Source: an uncultured delta proteobacterium (GTDB lineage: Bacteria; Desulfobacterota; Desulfobacteria; Desulfobacterales; JAFDCJ01). From it: a DNA stretch of 64,000 bases. The translations under genes and the position numbers were made by a program. How positions within the stretch are numbered: the first letter of the stretch is position 1; each line of letters opens with the position of its first letter. This document shows positions 21,605-31,782 of the stretch, piece after piece. The notes beneath the pieces were generated by a model. That model saw only the letters and a program-made list of their open reading frames with translations, was not told where the DNA came from and ran no database searches. The stretch lies in assembly GCA_963769935.1 (NCBI GenBank), contig CAVYNY010000010.1:416001-480000 (forward strand), given 5' to 3'.

Positions 21605-24116
21605 CCCCTGCTGCCTTCAGCTTAACCACCATAGCCTGTTTAATCTGGTCTTCCTTAAGATCAAAAATATGACGCAGGATATGCCCGGGCCGGATGGTTT
21701 TTCCCGGTTCCGATGTCAGCGTCACCTGCAGGCACTTTGAATCCACTATCTCTATGTTCTTTACCATATCCTTTAAATTCAACTTTTTCAACTTCCCTTT
21801 TTGATTCGAAAGTGAGATGGGAAAGTCCGTGCTTTGAAGATAGGTGACAAGATTTACTTGATTGAATTCTGCCACCCGCAGGGTAACCCGGTAGGTGCTC
21901 ACCGCCGCCGATTTGCATCCGGTTGACGGCGAAATTATCTGACAGGAAGTTATAACCAGGCCCTCCGGCAATTGCCGATTTAACCGATGGGTGAGCATGT
22001 CCGGCGCAACGAAGTCGGGTACGCTCAGCATAAAGTGTTCCTGTTCGCTTTCGATACCGACCGGCAACGGATCATCAAATGAAATTTTCGGTTTGGGATG
22101 AAATCCCTGGGTAAATTTAAGCGGAATTTGAGCGCGCTTAAGCGCCCTCAAAAATATATTGGCCAATTCGAGGTGGCTGAAGTATTTGGCAGACCCCAGT
22201 TTGGCATAATAGACACACAGGCTCCTATATACAATTCTATCCTCATCTTGCGGGCCGCTGCATGGCACCTCCGGTATTTCAAAAGCGCGATAGGTTTTGA
22301 CCGCTATTTTTTCAAAATCGCAGGTGCCGCACTGATGGCATACTCCCTGCCGGCAGTCGCCGATCAACTTGTTTTCAAGGGCGTTTTCCCATTCCCGCCT
22401 TAAAAAGGATTTGCTGACCCGGTTGTCAATATGATCCCATGGCAACGGCTCGGAAACATCCCGCAGCCGGGCCGAAAAAAAATCCGGATCAATATGCTCC
22501 TCCTCAAAAGCCGCCCGCCACAGATCATAGTTGAATTTATCACTCCAGCCGTCAAACCTGCATCCTTTTTTATAGGCTGCAATCAGCAGACCGCTCAATC
22601 TTCGGTCACCGCGGGCCCAGAGCCCCTCCAGGCGGCTGACCTGCGGATCCTGCCATTTGAATTGAGTTCCCGGAATCTTCAGTCGGTCGTGCAGCCGGTT
22701 GATTTTGGCGGTTGATTCGGTCAGGGAAATCTGAGGCGCCCATTGAAAAGGGGTGTGTGCCTTGGGAATAAAGGTGGCAACACTGACGTTGATCTTGCCC
22801 CGCTGCCTGTTGGGGCCTTTGATTTTTGCAAGCTTTTTCACCAGATCCACCAGGGCATCCAGATCGTCATCCGTCTCGGTGGGAAGACCGATCATAAAAT
22901 AAAGTTTGATCACCCGCCATCCCAGCCGGAAGGCATCCTGCACCGTATCGAAAATTTCCTTTTCACTGATATTTTTATTGATCACGTCGCGCAGGCGCTG
23001 GCTGCCGGCTTCCGGGGCGATCGTAAAGCCGGTTTTGCGGACCAGTTTAATGAGTCTCATCAGCTCCGGCGTCAGCGTACCGGCTCGCAGGGAAGGCAGG
23101 GAAACGGCAACATTATCGGAGGCGAAGCAGACCATCAGCCGTTCCATCAAAGGCGCAATACAACCATAATCACCGGTGCTCAAGGACAGCAGGGATAGGT
23201 CTTCATAGCCGGTGGCGGCAATTGAGCTGGCCGCAAGAGACATCAGTTGCTCCGGCGAGCGTTCGCGCACCGGCCGGTAAATCATGCCCGCCTGGCAAAA
23301 ACGGCATCCGCGGGTGCACCCGCGGGCAACTTCCAACCGCAACCGGTCATGAACGGGCTTGCCGTAAGGTATGATGGGTTTATCCGGAAAGGGCATCCGG
23401 TTCAGATCATCGACAACGGCGCGTTTGACCTGGGTGTATTCTGAAAACCGAGGCTCCAGGATTTGAAAGCCGCGCTCATCGCTGCGGACACTGAAAAAAG
23501 ACGGAATATAGACACCTTCAATCTGCGACCATCTTTGCAGCAGAGACTCTTTGTGGGCCGGCCGCTCTTTTTGCCAGTCCAGCCATTCGGCCGTCATTTG
23601 CTTGATCACCCTCTCGCCGTCACCCACGACCATCGCATCGAACAAATCGGCAACCGGCTCAGGATTGCATACACACGGTCCGCCGGCTATAATTAAAGGA
23701 TACGTATGATCCCTTTCGGAGGCCAGAAACGGAATACGGCCCAAATCAAGGATGGTCAGGACATTGGTGTAATTCAACTCATATAAAAGACTGAATCCGA
23801 TGATATCAAAACTGTTGATGGGCGCCCGGGATTCCAGCGAAAAAAGTGGTTTTCCGCTGTTTCTGAGCATGGTTTCCATATCGACGCCGGGCGCAAACAC
23901 TCTTTCAGCGGCAATATTCGGATCTTCATTTAAAATATGGTAGAGAATCTGCATGCCGAAATGCGACGTGCCGATCTCATAAAGATCCGGAAAAGCCAGA
24001 GCAACGCGGAGCTTAACCCGGTTAAGACCTTTTCTGACCGTGTTGATCTCCGAACCCAGATAGCGGCTCGGTTTTTCTACCAAAGGCAGTATATCGTCAA
24101 TATTAAGAATGGACAT
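21582..24116 (-). CDS. TIGR03960-type radical SAM protein fused to TIGR03936/DUF2344 domain
   Basis: KPSRYLGSE, RGCTRGCRFCQAG (CxxxCxxC), C-terminal FSHLEL...QGFHPKPKISF; usual neighbour of rng. Confidence 0.9.
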   Translation of the reverse strand: MSILNIDDILPLVEKPSRYLGSEINTVRKGLNRVKLRVALAFPDLYEIGTSHFGMQILYHILNEDPNIAAERVFAPGVDMETMLRNSGKPLFSLESRAPINSFDIIGFSLLYELNYTNVLTILDLGRIPFLASERDHTYPLIIAGGPCVCNPEPVADLFDAMVVGDGERVIKQMTAEWLDWQKERPAHKESLLQRWSQIEGVYIPSFFSVRSDERGFQILEPRFSEYTQVKRAVVDDLNRMPFPDKPIIPYGKPVHDRLRLEVARGCTRGCRFCQAGMIYRPVRERSPEQLMSLAASSIAATGYEDLSLLSLSTGDYGCIAPLMERLMVCFASDNVAVSLPSLRAGTLTPELMRLIKLVRKTGFTIAPEAGSQRLRDVINKNISEKEIFDTVQDAFRLGWRVIKLYFMIGLPTETDDDLDALVDLVKKLAKIKGPNRQRGKINVSVATFIPKAHTPFQWAPQISLTESTAKINRLHDRLKIPGTQFKWQDPQVSRLEGLWARGDRRLSGLLIAAYKKGCRFDGWSDKFNYDLWRAAFEEEHIDPDFFSARLRDVSEPLPWDHIDNRVSKSFLRREWENALENKLIGDCRQGVCHQCGTCDFEKIAVKTYRAFEIPEVPCSGPQDEDRIVYRSLCVYYAKLGSAKYFSHLELANIFLRALKRAQIPLKFTQGFHPKPKISFDDPLPVGIESEQEHFMLSVPDFVAPDMLTHRLNRQLPEGLVITSCQIISPSTGCKSAAVSTYRVTLRVAEFNQVNLVTYLQSTDFPISLSNQKGKLKKLNLKDMVKNIEIVDSKCLQVTLTSEPGKTIRPGHILRHIFDLKEDQIKQAMVVKLKAAGDVQATHH

Positions 24117-24220
24117 GCTGAATTTCTATTTTTTATGATTATAGTTGATCTATCCTCGACTTTAGGGCTATCTCCCATTTAGAAATATTTTTTTCACCCT
24201 TAAACTCAAAAAGGCGGCCG

Positions 24221-25633
24221 ATGAACAAAAAACGCGGATTGAAAAGAAGATTTTACACGATCGTAATAGTTTTATCAATATTCGCGCTGGGGCTGACCAT
24301 TTCGGCTGATAGTTCTGCTCAGGTTGTAAATCGGGAAACCCCCGTTGTCAGAGCGGTGCGCAAGGTCGGTCCGGCAGTGGTAAACATAAGTTCAGTGTAT
24401 GAAGTTCGCAAGCGAACCGGTCCATTTTCCGGATTCGGAGCAAATCCATTTTTCGAAGAGTTTTTCAAAGATTTTTTCGATCCACGCTTTGACCGCCGGC
24501 AGCAGTACACCAGCCTGGGATCCGGTGTCATCATCGACGGCAAAAAAGGGCTGATTTTAACCAATGCCCACGTTATTCAGAAAACCGCCACCATAAAGGT
24601 GATGCTTCAGGATGAAAGGGAATTTGAGGCCAAAATCGTGGGTGCTGATCCGGATTCCGATTTGGCGGTATTGAAAATCGACTCTGAAAATCAGCTGCCC
24701 GACGCCACTATGGGCAGCAGCGATGATCTGATGATCGGTGAAACCGTCATTGCCATCGGAAATCCCTTCGGGTTTTCCCACACCGTGACGACCGGCGTCA
24801 TCAGCGCCTTAAATCGCAGCATCCGAACCGAGGACCGGGTGTATAACGACTTCATCCAAATCGATGCCTCCATTAATCCGGGCAACAGCGGCGGGCCACT
24901 TTTAAACATCAACGGCGATCTGATCGGCATCAACACAGCCATATATGCCAAGGCCCAGGGAATCGGTTTTGCGATCCCCATCGGCAAAGCCCGTAAAATT
25001 ATCTCTGATCTGATACAGTACGGCGAAGTCAAGCAAGCATGGATCGGCATCATTGTTCAGGACATGGATGAGAAGCTGGCCGGTTATCTAAATGTCGCGG
25101 GCCAGAAGGGCGTCATTGTAACATCCGTGGAAGCACAAAGCCCGGCGGAAGCCGCCGGCGTGCAGGAAAGCGACATTATTGTTTCCATCGCAAAAAAAAG
25201 TGTCGGTTCGGTCGAGGAATATGAATCGGCTACCAAGATTTTGGCCGCCGGTGATACGTTGCAGGCGGCGCTTTGGCGCGATGGAAACATGAAAACCGTC
25301 ACGATTAAAACCAAGGTGTTTCCCCTGGAACTGGCCGAAGATCTGGCCTTCAAACTGCTGGGCATCAACGTCGATGATTTAACGCCGAAAAACAGACAAG
25401 CATATGCCATCAGCGCCAGTGAGGGCGTGGTAATCGCCAAAATTAAGAAAAAATCCTATCTTGCCCGCATCGGCGCTCTGCCTGGAGATGTAATCCATCA
25501 GATCGATGATTATGCCATCCAGGACAAGGAAGATTTCAAAAAGGCCGTTGTTAAATTTCGTCGCAAAAATTCGGTGGTACTGCTGCTGCAACGGGGAGAT
25601 CAGGGATATTACATAACCATTAATATAGGATGA
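24221..25633 (+). CDS. HtrA/DegQ family serine protease with 2 PDZ domains
   Basis: TNAHV, DLAVL, GNSGGPL catalytic-triad motifs; signal peptide. Confidence 0.95.
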   Translation: MNKKRGLKRRFYTIVIVLSIFALGLTISADSSAQVVNRETPVVRAVRKVGPAVVNISSVYEVRKRTGPFSGFGANPFFEEFFKDFFDPRFDRRQQYTSLGSGVIIDGKKGLILTNAHVIQKTATIKVMLQDEREFEAKIVGADPDSDLAVLKIDSENQLPDATMGSSDDLMIGETVIAIGNPFGFSHTVTTGVISALNRSIRTEDRVYNDFIQIDASINPGNSGGPLLNINGDLIGINTAIYAKAQGIGFAIPIGKARKIISDLIQYGEVKQAWIGIIVQDMDEKLAGYLNVAGQKGVIVTSVEAQSPAEAAGVQESDIIVSIAKKSVGSVEEYESATKILAAGDTLQAALWRDGNMKTVTIKTKVFPLELAEDLAFKLLGINVDDLTPKNRQAYAISASEGVVIAKIKKKSYLARIGALPGDVIHQIDDYAIQDKEDFKKAVVKFRRKNSVVLLLQRGDQGYYITINIG

Positions 25634-25647
25634 TGACGAACAAATAA

Positions 25648-25695
25648 ATTCTATATATTGTATTTTATTCCTTATGAGACCACTATATATGGTAA
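25648..25695. promoter_or_regulatory. Putative tandem NrdR-box-like operators
   Basis: attCTATATATTGtat (25648) and ccaCTATATATGGtaa (25680), 32 bp apart, followed by TTGACT at 25700. Confidence 0.45.
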
Positions 25696-25788
25696 CCATA
25701 TTGACTTTATAAAAAGAATTGTTAAAAGTTATATCATCGGAGGTGATTTAAGAGAACTATTTGAAACAGACCTGAAAGGGGGACTACC

Positions 25789-25980
25789 ATGCAGACTCTG
25801 GTGTGGTTGGCGCATGAAGTTCCGTGGGTGATGGCCCCGGCGGCACTCATCTCGGCAACAGCGGCTCTTGCCATAATGGCATCGTTGATTCGCTCAAGAA
25901 ATGTCGGATCCAAGGCCATGGTTATCGGAGTAATGGTTGCCGTGACCGTAGGCGTCATGTTATGGGATGCTGTGCTTTAG
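25789..25980 (+). CDS. 63-aa two-TM small membrane protein (paralog of 62546..62737)
   Basis: GGGGGA RBS; EVPWVMAPA motif shared with the distant paralog. Confidence 0.7.
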   Translation: MQTLVWLAHEVPWVMAPAALISATAALAIMASLIRSRNVGSKAMVIGVMVAVTVGVMLWDAVL

Positions 25981-26108
25981 TTTCGCACGGTATCTCTTAA
26001 AATCAGCATCGTTACCGGGGGGGGGTATTTCCGTCTTCACTTCATTTGAATATCAACTTAGCGATTCTTTTACCGGCATTTTTTTATCGGGTGCAATAAT
26101 CTTACGAT

Positions 26109-27491
26109 ATGCAGCGAACCAAGATATACAATCTGTTAAAATCAGAAACATCGGCCGACGATGTACTGATTAAAGGTTGGATCCGGACCCGCCGGGACGC
26201 CAAATCATTTTCATTTCTTGAAATCAACGACGGCTCGTGTTTGATTAACGTTCAAGTGATTGCCAATGAGGCGCTGCCCAATTACGATGATATAAAAAAA
26301 TTAACCACCGGTTCGGCCGTAAGCGTCCGCGGCAAGCTGGTCGAATCCCAGGGCGGCGGACAAAAATGGGAAATCACAGCCGAGCAGGTGGAAGTTATCA
26401 GCCTGGCTCCGGAGACCTATCCCCTGCAGAAAAAGCGCCACAGCGACGAATTCCTGAGAAGCATCGCGCACTTAAGACCCCGCACCAACAAATATGGCGC
26501 GGCCTTCCGCATCCGGTCTGAAATGTCCTATGCCATTCATAAGTTTTTCCGGGACCGCGGTTTTCGCTACGTCCATACGCCCGATTCTCACCGGATCGGA
26601 TTGCGAGGGCGCCGGAGAATTATTCAAAGTAACCGCCCTGGATCTGGAAAACCTGCCTCAAAAAGACGGACGGACGGACTATTTTCAGGATTTCTTCGGC
26701 AAAGAAGCCAATCTGACCGTCTCCGGACAGCTTTCGGCAGAAATGTTTTGTCTGGCCCTGGGCGACGTCTATACGTTCGGTCCGACCTTCCGGGCTGAGA
26801 ATTCCAACACCCGCCGGCATGCGGCCGAATTTTGGATGATTGAGCCTGAAATGGCTTTTTGCGATCTGCAGGGCAACATGGATCTGGGGCAGGAGTTGAT
26901 CAAATACCTGACATCCTATGTCATGCGGGAATGTGCCGAGGATCTGGAACTTTTTGCAAAGTGGGTGGATAAAAACTTATTGTCCATCCTGGAAAATACC
27001 GCCACTTCGGACTATGTGCGGCTGCCTTACCGGGAAGCCGTGGAAATTTTACAAAATCCGGCCGCAAATTTGAGTATGAAGTCGGCTTCGGCAAAGATCT
27101 CCAGACGGAGCATGAGCGTTTTCTGACCGAAGATCATTTTAAAAAACCGGTGATTGTTTATGATTATCCCAAAACCATTAAACCGTTTTACATGCGTTTA
27201 AATGACGACAATGAAACGGTGGCCGCCATGGATGTGCTGGTTCCCAATATCGGAGAAATCATCGGCGGCAGTCAGCGCGAAGAACGCCTGGCCGTGCTGG
27301 AAGCGCGCATGGCTGAAACAGGAATGGAAAAAGAGCCTTACTGGTGGTATCTGGAATCCCGCAAATTCGGCACCGTGCCCCACAGCGGTTTTGGATTGGG
27401 TTTTGAACGGCTGCTGATGCTGGTTACCGGCATCAACAATATCCGCGATGTCATTCCCTTTCCCCGCACACCGAACAACATCGAGTTTTAA
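26109..27491 (+). CDS. asnS: Asparagine--tRNA ligase, split by two 1-nt frameshifts (about 26580 and 27054)
   Basis: [53 protein letters not shown] spread over three frames. Confidence 0.93.
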
Positions 27492-27535
27492 AGTCTTAAT
27501 TGTGATTTCTTTTCATATTATAAAAAATTTTTCTT

Positions 27536-27615
27536 ATCACGAAAACACGAAATCTTGAAAGCACGAAATTTACCTCTTTGCTTTTCGTGTTATCGTCCCT
27601 TCGTGCTTTCGTGAT
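27536..27615. repeat. Inverted-repeat element of (CAC)GAAA / TTTCGTG units
   Basis: ATCACGAAAACACGAAA...GCACGAAA facing TTTCGTG...TTCGTGCTTTCGTGAT, between convergent genes. Confidence 0.7.
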
Positions 27616-27648
27616 TAATTTGCCCTTTTGGGATGCGGCTTGTCCGGA

Positions 27649-29063
27649 TCATTCGCGCTTGGCTCTCAGCTCATCGTAAAGTTTGCGCTCATCGATGATG
27701 CGCCTGGCTTTGAATTCGGTGCGCTCAAGGGTTCCGGGCGCCATCATCTGCACGATGGTGCGCAGGCCTTTGGCCTTGAGCTGTGCAGCCAATTCTATTT
27801 TGAAGGCCGAGATTTGATCGGCCGGCACGTCGGCCGTAAGTTCGGCCTGCACGATGAGCTCATCCATGGTTTTTTCCCGGCGTAATAACGATGCGAAACT
27901 CGTCTGAAAACCCCTCGATGCCGCGGATAACGTCCTCGATCGCACTGGGATAGACATTTTCGCCCCGCACGATGAACATGTCATCGGCCCGGCCGTAGAT
28001 GCCCTGGGGAAACCGGGGATAGCTGCGGCCGCAGGAACAGGGTTCGTTCGTCCAGCGACTCAAATCTCCCGCCCAGAATCGGATCATGGGCTGGGAATTG
28101 CGTTCCAGGTGGGTGTAGACCGTTACGCCTTCCTCGCCGTAAGGCACCCGCTTTTTGGTTTCCGGGTCTACCAGCTCGGCATACACCACATCCTGCCACA
28201 GATGCATGCCCTGGCGCTGGGCAGCATTCGCCGTCGGTCATCCAGGGCGACATTTCGCCCGTGGAACCGGAATCCAGGCAGATGGCGCCGTAGGTTTCTT
28301 CAATGCGTTTTCTGGTCGAGGGCACGCCGGCGCCGGGTTCACCCGAAAAAAAGAGGATCCGGAAATTAAAGTCCCGGAGCCGGATCAATACCTTTTTGCT
28401 TTGGCTTTCTCGGCGATGTAGAGACTGTAAGAAGGGGTTCCGTAAAACACGGTGGGTTTGACGCTGGCCATCCATTCAATCGCCCGGTCGGTCTGGCCGG
28501 GGACACCTGCGCCAAAAGGAAAGGCGGTGGCCCCCAGCCGCTCGGCGCCCAGCATCGCTCCCCAGCTGCCCCAGTAAAGGCTGAAAAACGATCCGATAAA
28601 CACAATATCTTCCGGGCGGATGCCCATGCGCCCACATAACGCGGGCATGGGTTTCGGCGATGCGCTGGATGTCGCCCTTGCTGATGCCGAAGGCGGTGGG
28701 CCTGCCGGTGGTGCCCGAAGTGCCGTGCACCCGCGCCAGCTCTTTGTGCGAAACGCACAGGTTGCTGCCGAACGGCGGATGTGCGGCCTGATCGGCGCGC
28801 AGCTCGTCTTTGGTCAGAATCGGTATGGCTTCGAAGTCATCCAGCGATTGAATATCTTCAGGGTTGACCCCGACGGCATCCCATTTTTTGCGATAAAGAC
28901 CCGGAATGCGCATAGGCGTATTTAAGTTGTTGCTGAAGCTTGGGCAAAATAATGGTTTGCTCCCTTTCCTCGGCGTCCATGGTTTCAATTTCCGGAAACC
29001 AGCATTCCTGGTCCGGGACTCAGGGTGATAGCCGGCGTCATAGACCGGCGGCCATTGTTGCAT
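27649..29063 (-). CDS. Phenylacetate-CoA-ligase-family acyl-CoA ligase, 2-hydroxyisobutyrate-CoA ligase (HCL)-like; multiple frameshifts
   Basis: QAAHPPFG, VHGTSGTTGRPTAFG, FSLYWGSWG, FFSGEPGA, YTHLERNSQPMIR, GRADDMFIVRGENVYPS, TEFKARRIID across frames. Confidence 0.85.
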
Positions 29064-29190
29064 GAATTCCTCCTAATTCTTAAAACCCGATATTGAAAAT
29101 TGAAGGATTTGGATCAATTTAATTTGTTTTTTGCTTTAATCATGAAGGAGTCGAAAGTAAAATTGATAAAATTCCACAAATATTCAATCT

Positions 29191-29613
29191 TCAATCTTTC
29201 AATTTTTTCATCCCACGTTTCGCTGCCAGCGCCTTATGCAAACCGGAAACGATGGTATCCTGGGTAGATCCCGGCGGGAAAACACCATCGAAACCGACAG
29301 TTATGAGTTCCTCGGCATCCTCGGGGGAAAATACCCCTCCGATAAGAAACACAAATTCATCTTTAAGACCTTTTTCCTCAGCCCTTCTCAGCAGCAGACT
29401 TCCCAGCGACAAGTGGGCGCCGCCCAGTGAACTTACCCCGATAACATCCACCTGCTCCTGCACGGCGGCGGAAATGATCTCATCGGGCAGGGCATTGCCC
29501 AGATAGATCACCTCCATTCCCTTGTCGCGCAGCTCCATGGCCACGGTGATCACGCCCCGGTTGTGCACATCCAGCCCCAGCTTAGCCAGCAGCACCTTGA
29601 TTCTGCGGTTCAT
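29191..29613 (-). CDS. Cobalamin-binding small subunit of an acyl-CoA mutase
   Basis: LAKLGLDVHNRG (DxHxxG), SSLGGAH, IGG. Confidence 0.92.
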   Translation of the reverse strand: MNRRIKVLLAKLGLDVHNRGVITVAMELRDKGMEVIYLGNALPDEIISAAVQEQVDVIGVSSLGGAHLSLGSLLLRRAEEKGLKDEFVFLIGGVFSPEDAEELITVGFDGVFPPGSTQDTIVSGLHKALAAKRGMKKLKD

Positions 29614-29647
29614 AAACTGCTCCGTCGTATTTTACTCAGTTTTATTG

Positions 29648-31409
29648 CTACCAAAACACCGGTGGTTTCCAGAGCCCAAAGGCTTTTTTAAAAACAGCAA
29701 ACATCTCACCTTCAGTGCAGCCCGCATCGGCACATTGCACCGCGGCCGGCAGGATATTGTCCCTGCAGCGGCAGGCTTTTTCCAGGTTTGCCAGTTCTTC
29801 GCCGACCTGGTTGTTGTTGCGGGTCTGTTTGAGCTTTTCCAGACGCCGCTTTTGCCGTTCGGCGACGCCTCGCGGATAGCGGAAAACATTGATCGAGGGG
29901 CTCTTGTCTTTGGAAAGATATACATTTTCCCCGATCACTTTGATCCGGCCGCTTTCAACCAGCTCGCGTTCCTGTCGGAAATAATCTGATATTTTCCGGT
30001 GGATCCAGCCGTCTTTGATGGCGCGTACATAGCCGCCCTTCTGCTCGATTTCGTCCAGCTCGTTTAAAATGCGCCGTTCCATTTCGTCGGTGAGCGCTTC
30101 TACGTAAAAGGAGCCGCCCAGCGGATCAACCACCTGGGCAACACCGGTTTCTTCATTCAGGATCTGCTGGGTGCGCAAAGAAAGCAGGGCCGCATCCTCG
30201 GTCGGTACCGAGTAAGCCTCGTCAAAGGAGTCCACATGCAGGGACTGCACGCCGCCCAGTACAGCCGCCAGGGCGTGGTAGGCCGCCCGCACCACATTGT
30301 TCATAGGCTCCTGGCGGGTCAACGACACACCCGAGGTCTGCACGTGGCAGCGCATCCAGGCCGCCCGGGGGTCCTCGACGCCGAAACGGTATTTCATGAT
30401 GCGCTGCCATAGTCGGCGCACCGCCCGTATGCGGGCTACCTCCTCAAATAAATCGTTGCCGATGGACCAGAAAAAAGCCATGCGCCGGCCCAGCCACGCG
30501 GGATCGTGACCTCGCGCCTTCAGCGTTTCCAGGGTTTCGACGGCATTGACCAGGGCGACGGCCATTTCGGTGACGGCTGAGGTTCCAAACTCACGCAAAT
30601 TGTAGCCGTTGACGGTCATGAAATTCCAGAGCGGCACCTTTTGCCGAATAAATTCGATGTTGTCGCATTGGATTCGAAAACAGTCCTCCGGCGGTATGTA
30701 CTCCGGACCGCTGCGCACGACCTCCTCCAGAGTAATATCATTCTGGATGCTGCCTCTTAGCCGATCCCAGGCAATTCCCCGCCGCTTGGCCAGCGCCAGA
30801 TACATGGGAAACAGGAGGGCCGAATTGGAAGGATAGTGAGAAACCAGAGACACGGTAACTTCATCCAGGGCAATGTCCTTAAACAATAGATCCATGTCTT
30901 CGACCGAATCAATGGCCACCCCGGACATGCCCACCTGACCGGTGGAGACCGGATCATCCGAGTCATACATCTGAATGGTGGGCAGGTCGAAAATGATGGA
31001 AATGCCGGTAGCGCCATGGTCGAGCAGAAATTTGATGCGTTCGTTGGTGTCCTCGGGTCCGCCGAAGCCGGCCAGCTGGCGTCGGGTAAATGCCCGGCCC
31101 CGGTACATGTTGGCATGAATGCCGCGGGTGAAGGGTGGTTCCCCGGAGTTGCCCAGATCAAGCAGCATAATCGAAATCCGGATTGCTCAAGGGGGTGTAA
31201 AGCAGATCCCGCGGTGTCTGCGACCCCAAAACCAGGCGGGGGGTGGTCTGCCAGTTTTCCCGGTCGGCAGGCTGCACGCAGGCCTGCTGCCATCGGTTAA
31301 AGGTCTGTCTGAGTTCCTCGATGGCCCGGGTGTCGTATAAGGGGGTCCGCTTTTGGTCCTTTAACGCATCTTCCAGCAAGTGTTTAGTGGTTTTCGGCTG
31401 CTGTTTCAT
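29648..31409 (-). CDS. Acyl-CoA mutase large (substrate-binding) subunit, MCM family; one frameshift near 31165
   Basis: GEPPFTRGIHANMYRG, RQLAGFG, FDLPT..YDSD, GSIQND, EEVARIRA.RRLW, LGGVQSLH..SFDEA, DPLGGSFYVE. Confidence 0.92.
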
Positions 31410-31541
31410 GTGTGATCGATTTGCAATAAAGTTAATTTAGTTGAAATAATCGGCAATCCCATAATGATCTTCGGTATCCGCGATGCCGAGTCGGGCCCGC
31501 AATCTTTGTCCGGTGCCCAAATAAGCCGCATGGGTCCGCAA

Positions 31542-31570
31542 ATTGTAAAAGTTAACGCTTTGCATGTCAA
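31542..31570 (-). promoter_or_regulatory. Sigma70-type promoter for the mutase operon
   Basis: TTGACA-N17-TACAAT on the minus strand, about 130 bp upstream of ATG 31409. Confidence 0.7.
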
Positions 31571-31782
31571 GCAGGTATTCCCCTGTCCCTCAACTGTCCC
31601 GGGCCTTGTTGATCTTTATCCACAAGTCCTGCGGAATACAATTGGAAGTATCGAAAAAATCAGGGCGTGAATCAATAAGGATTAGTTATAATTGAATAAT
31701 ATCCAAATATGATTTGAATAAATCGCTTGACAATCGAATTATATTCAACTATCAATATTAATTATTGAATTTAATTCAAACC

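Noticed and set aside
26109..27491. Programmed frameshifting or true pseudogene in asnS
   Set aside because: No slippery heptamer or stimulatory structure seen; neighbouring genes show the same indel pattern, pointing to assembly error
31616..31624. Perfect DnaA box TTATCCACA
   Set aside because: Single copy with no box cluster or adjacent dnaA; not enough for oriC
31410..31680. Cobalamin riboswitch upstream of the B12 mutase
   Set aside because: No B12-box/GGGAA..GGTG..ACTG architecture in the short transcribed leader on the minus strand
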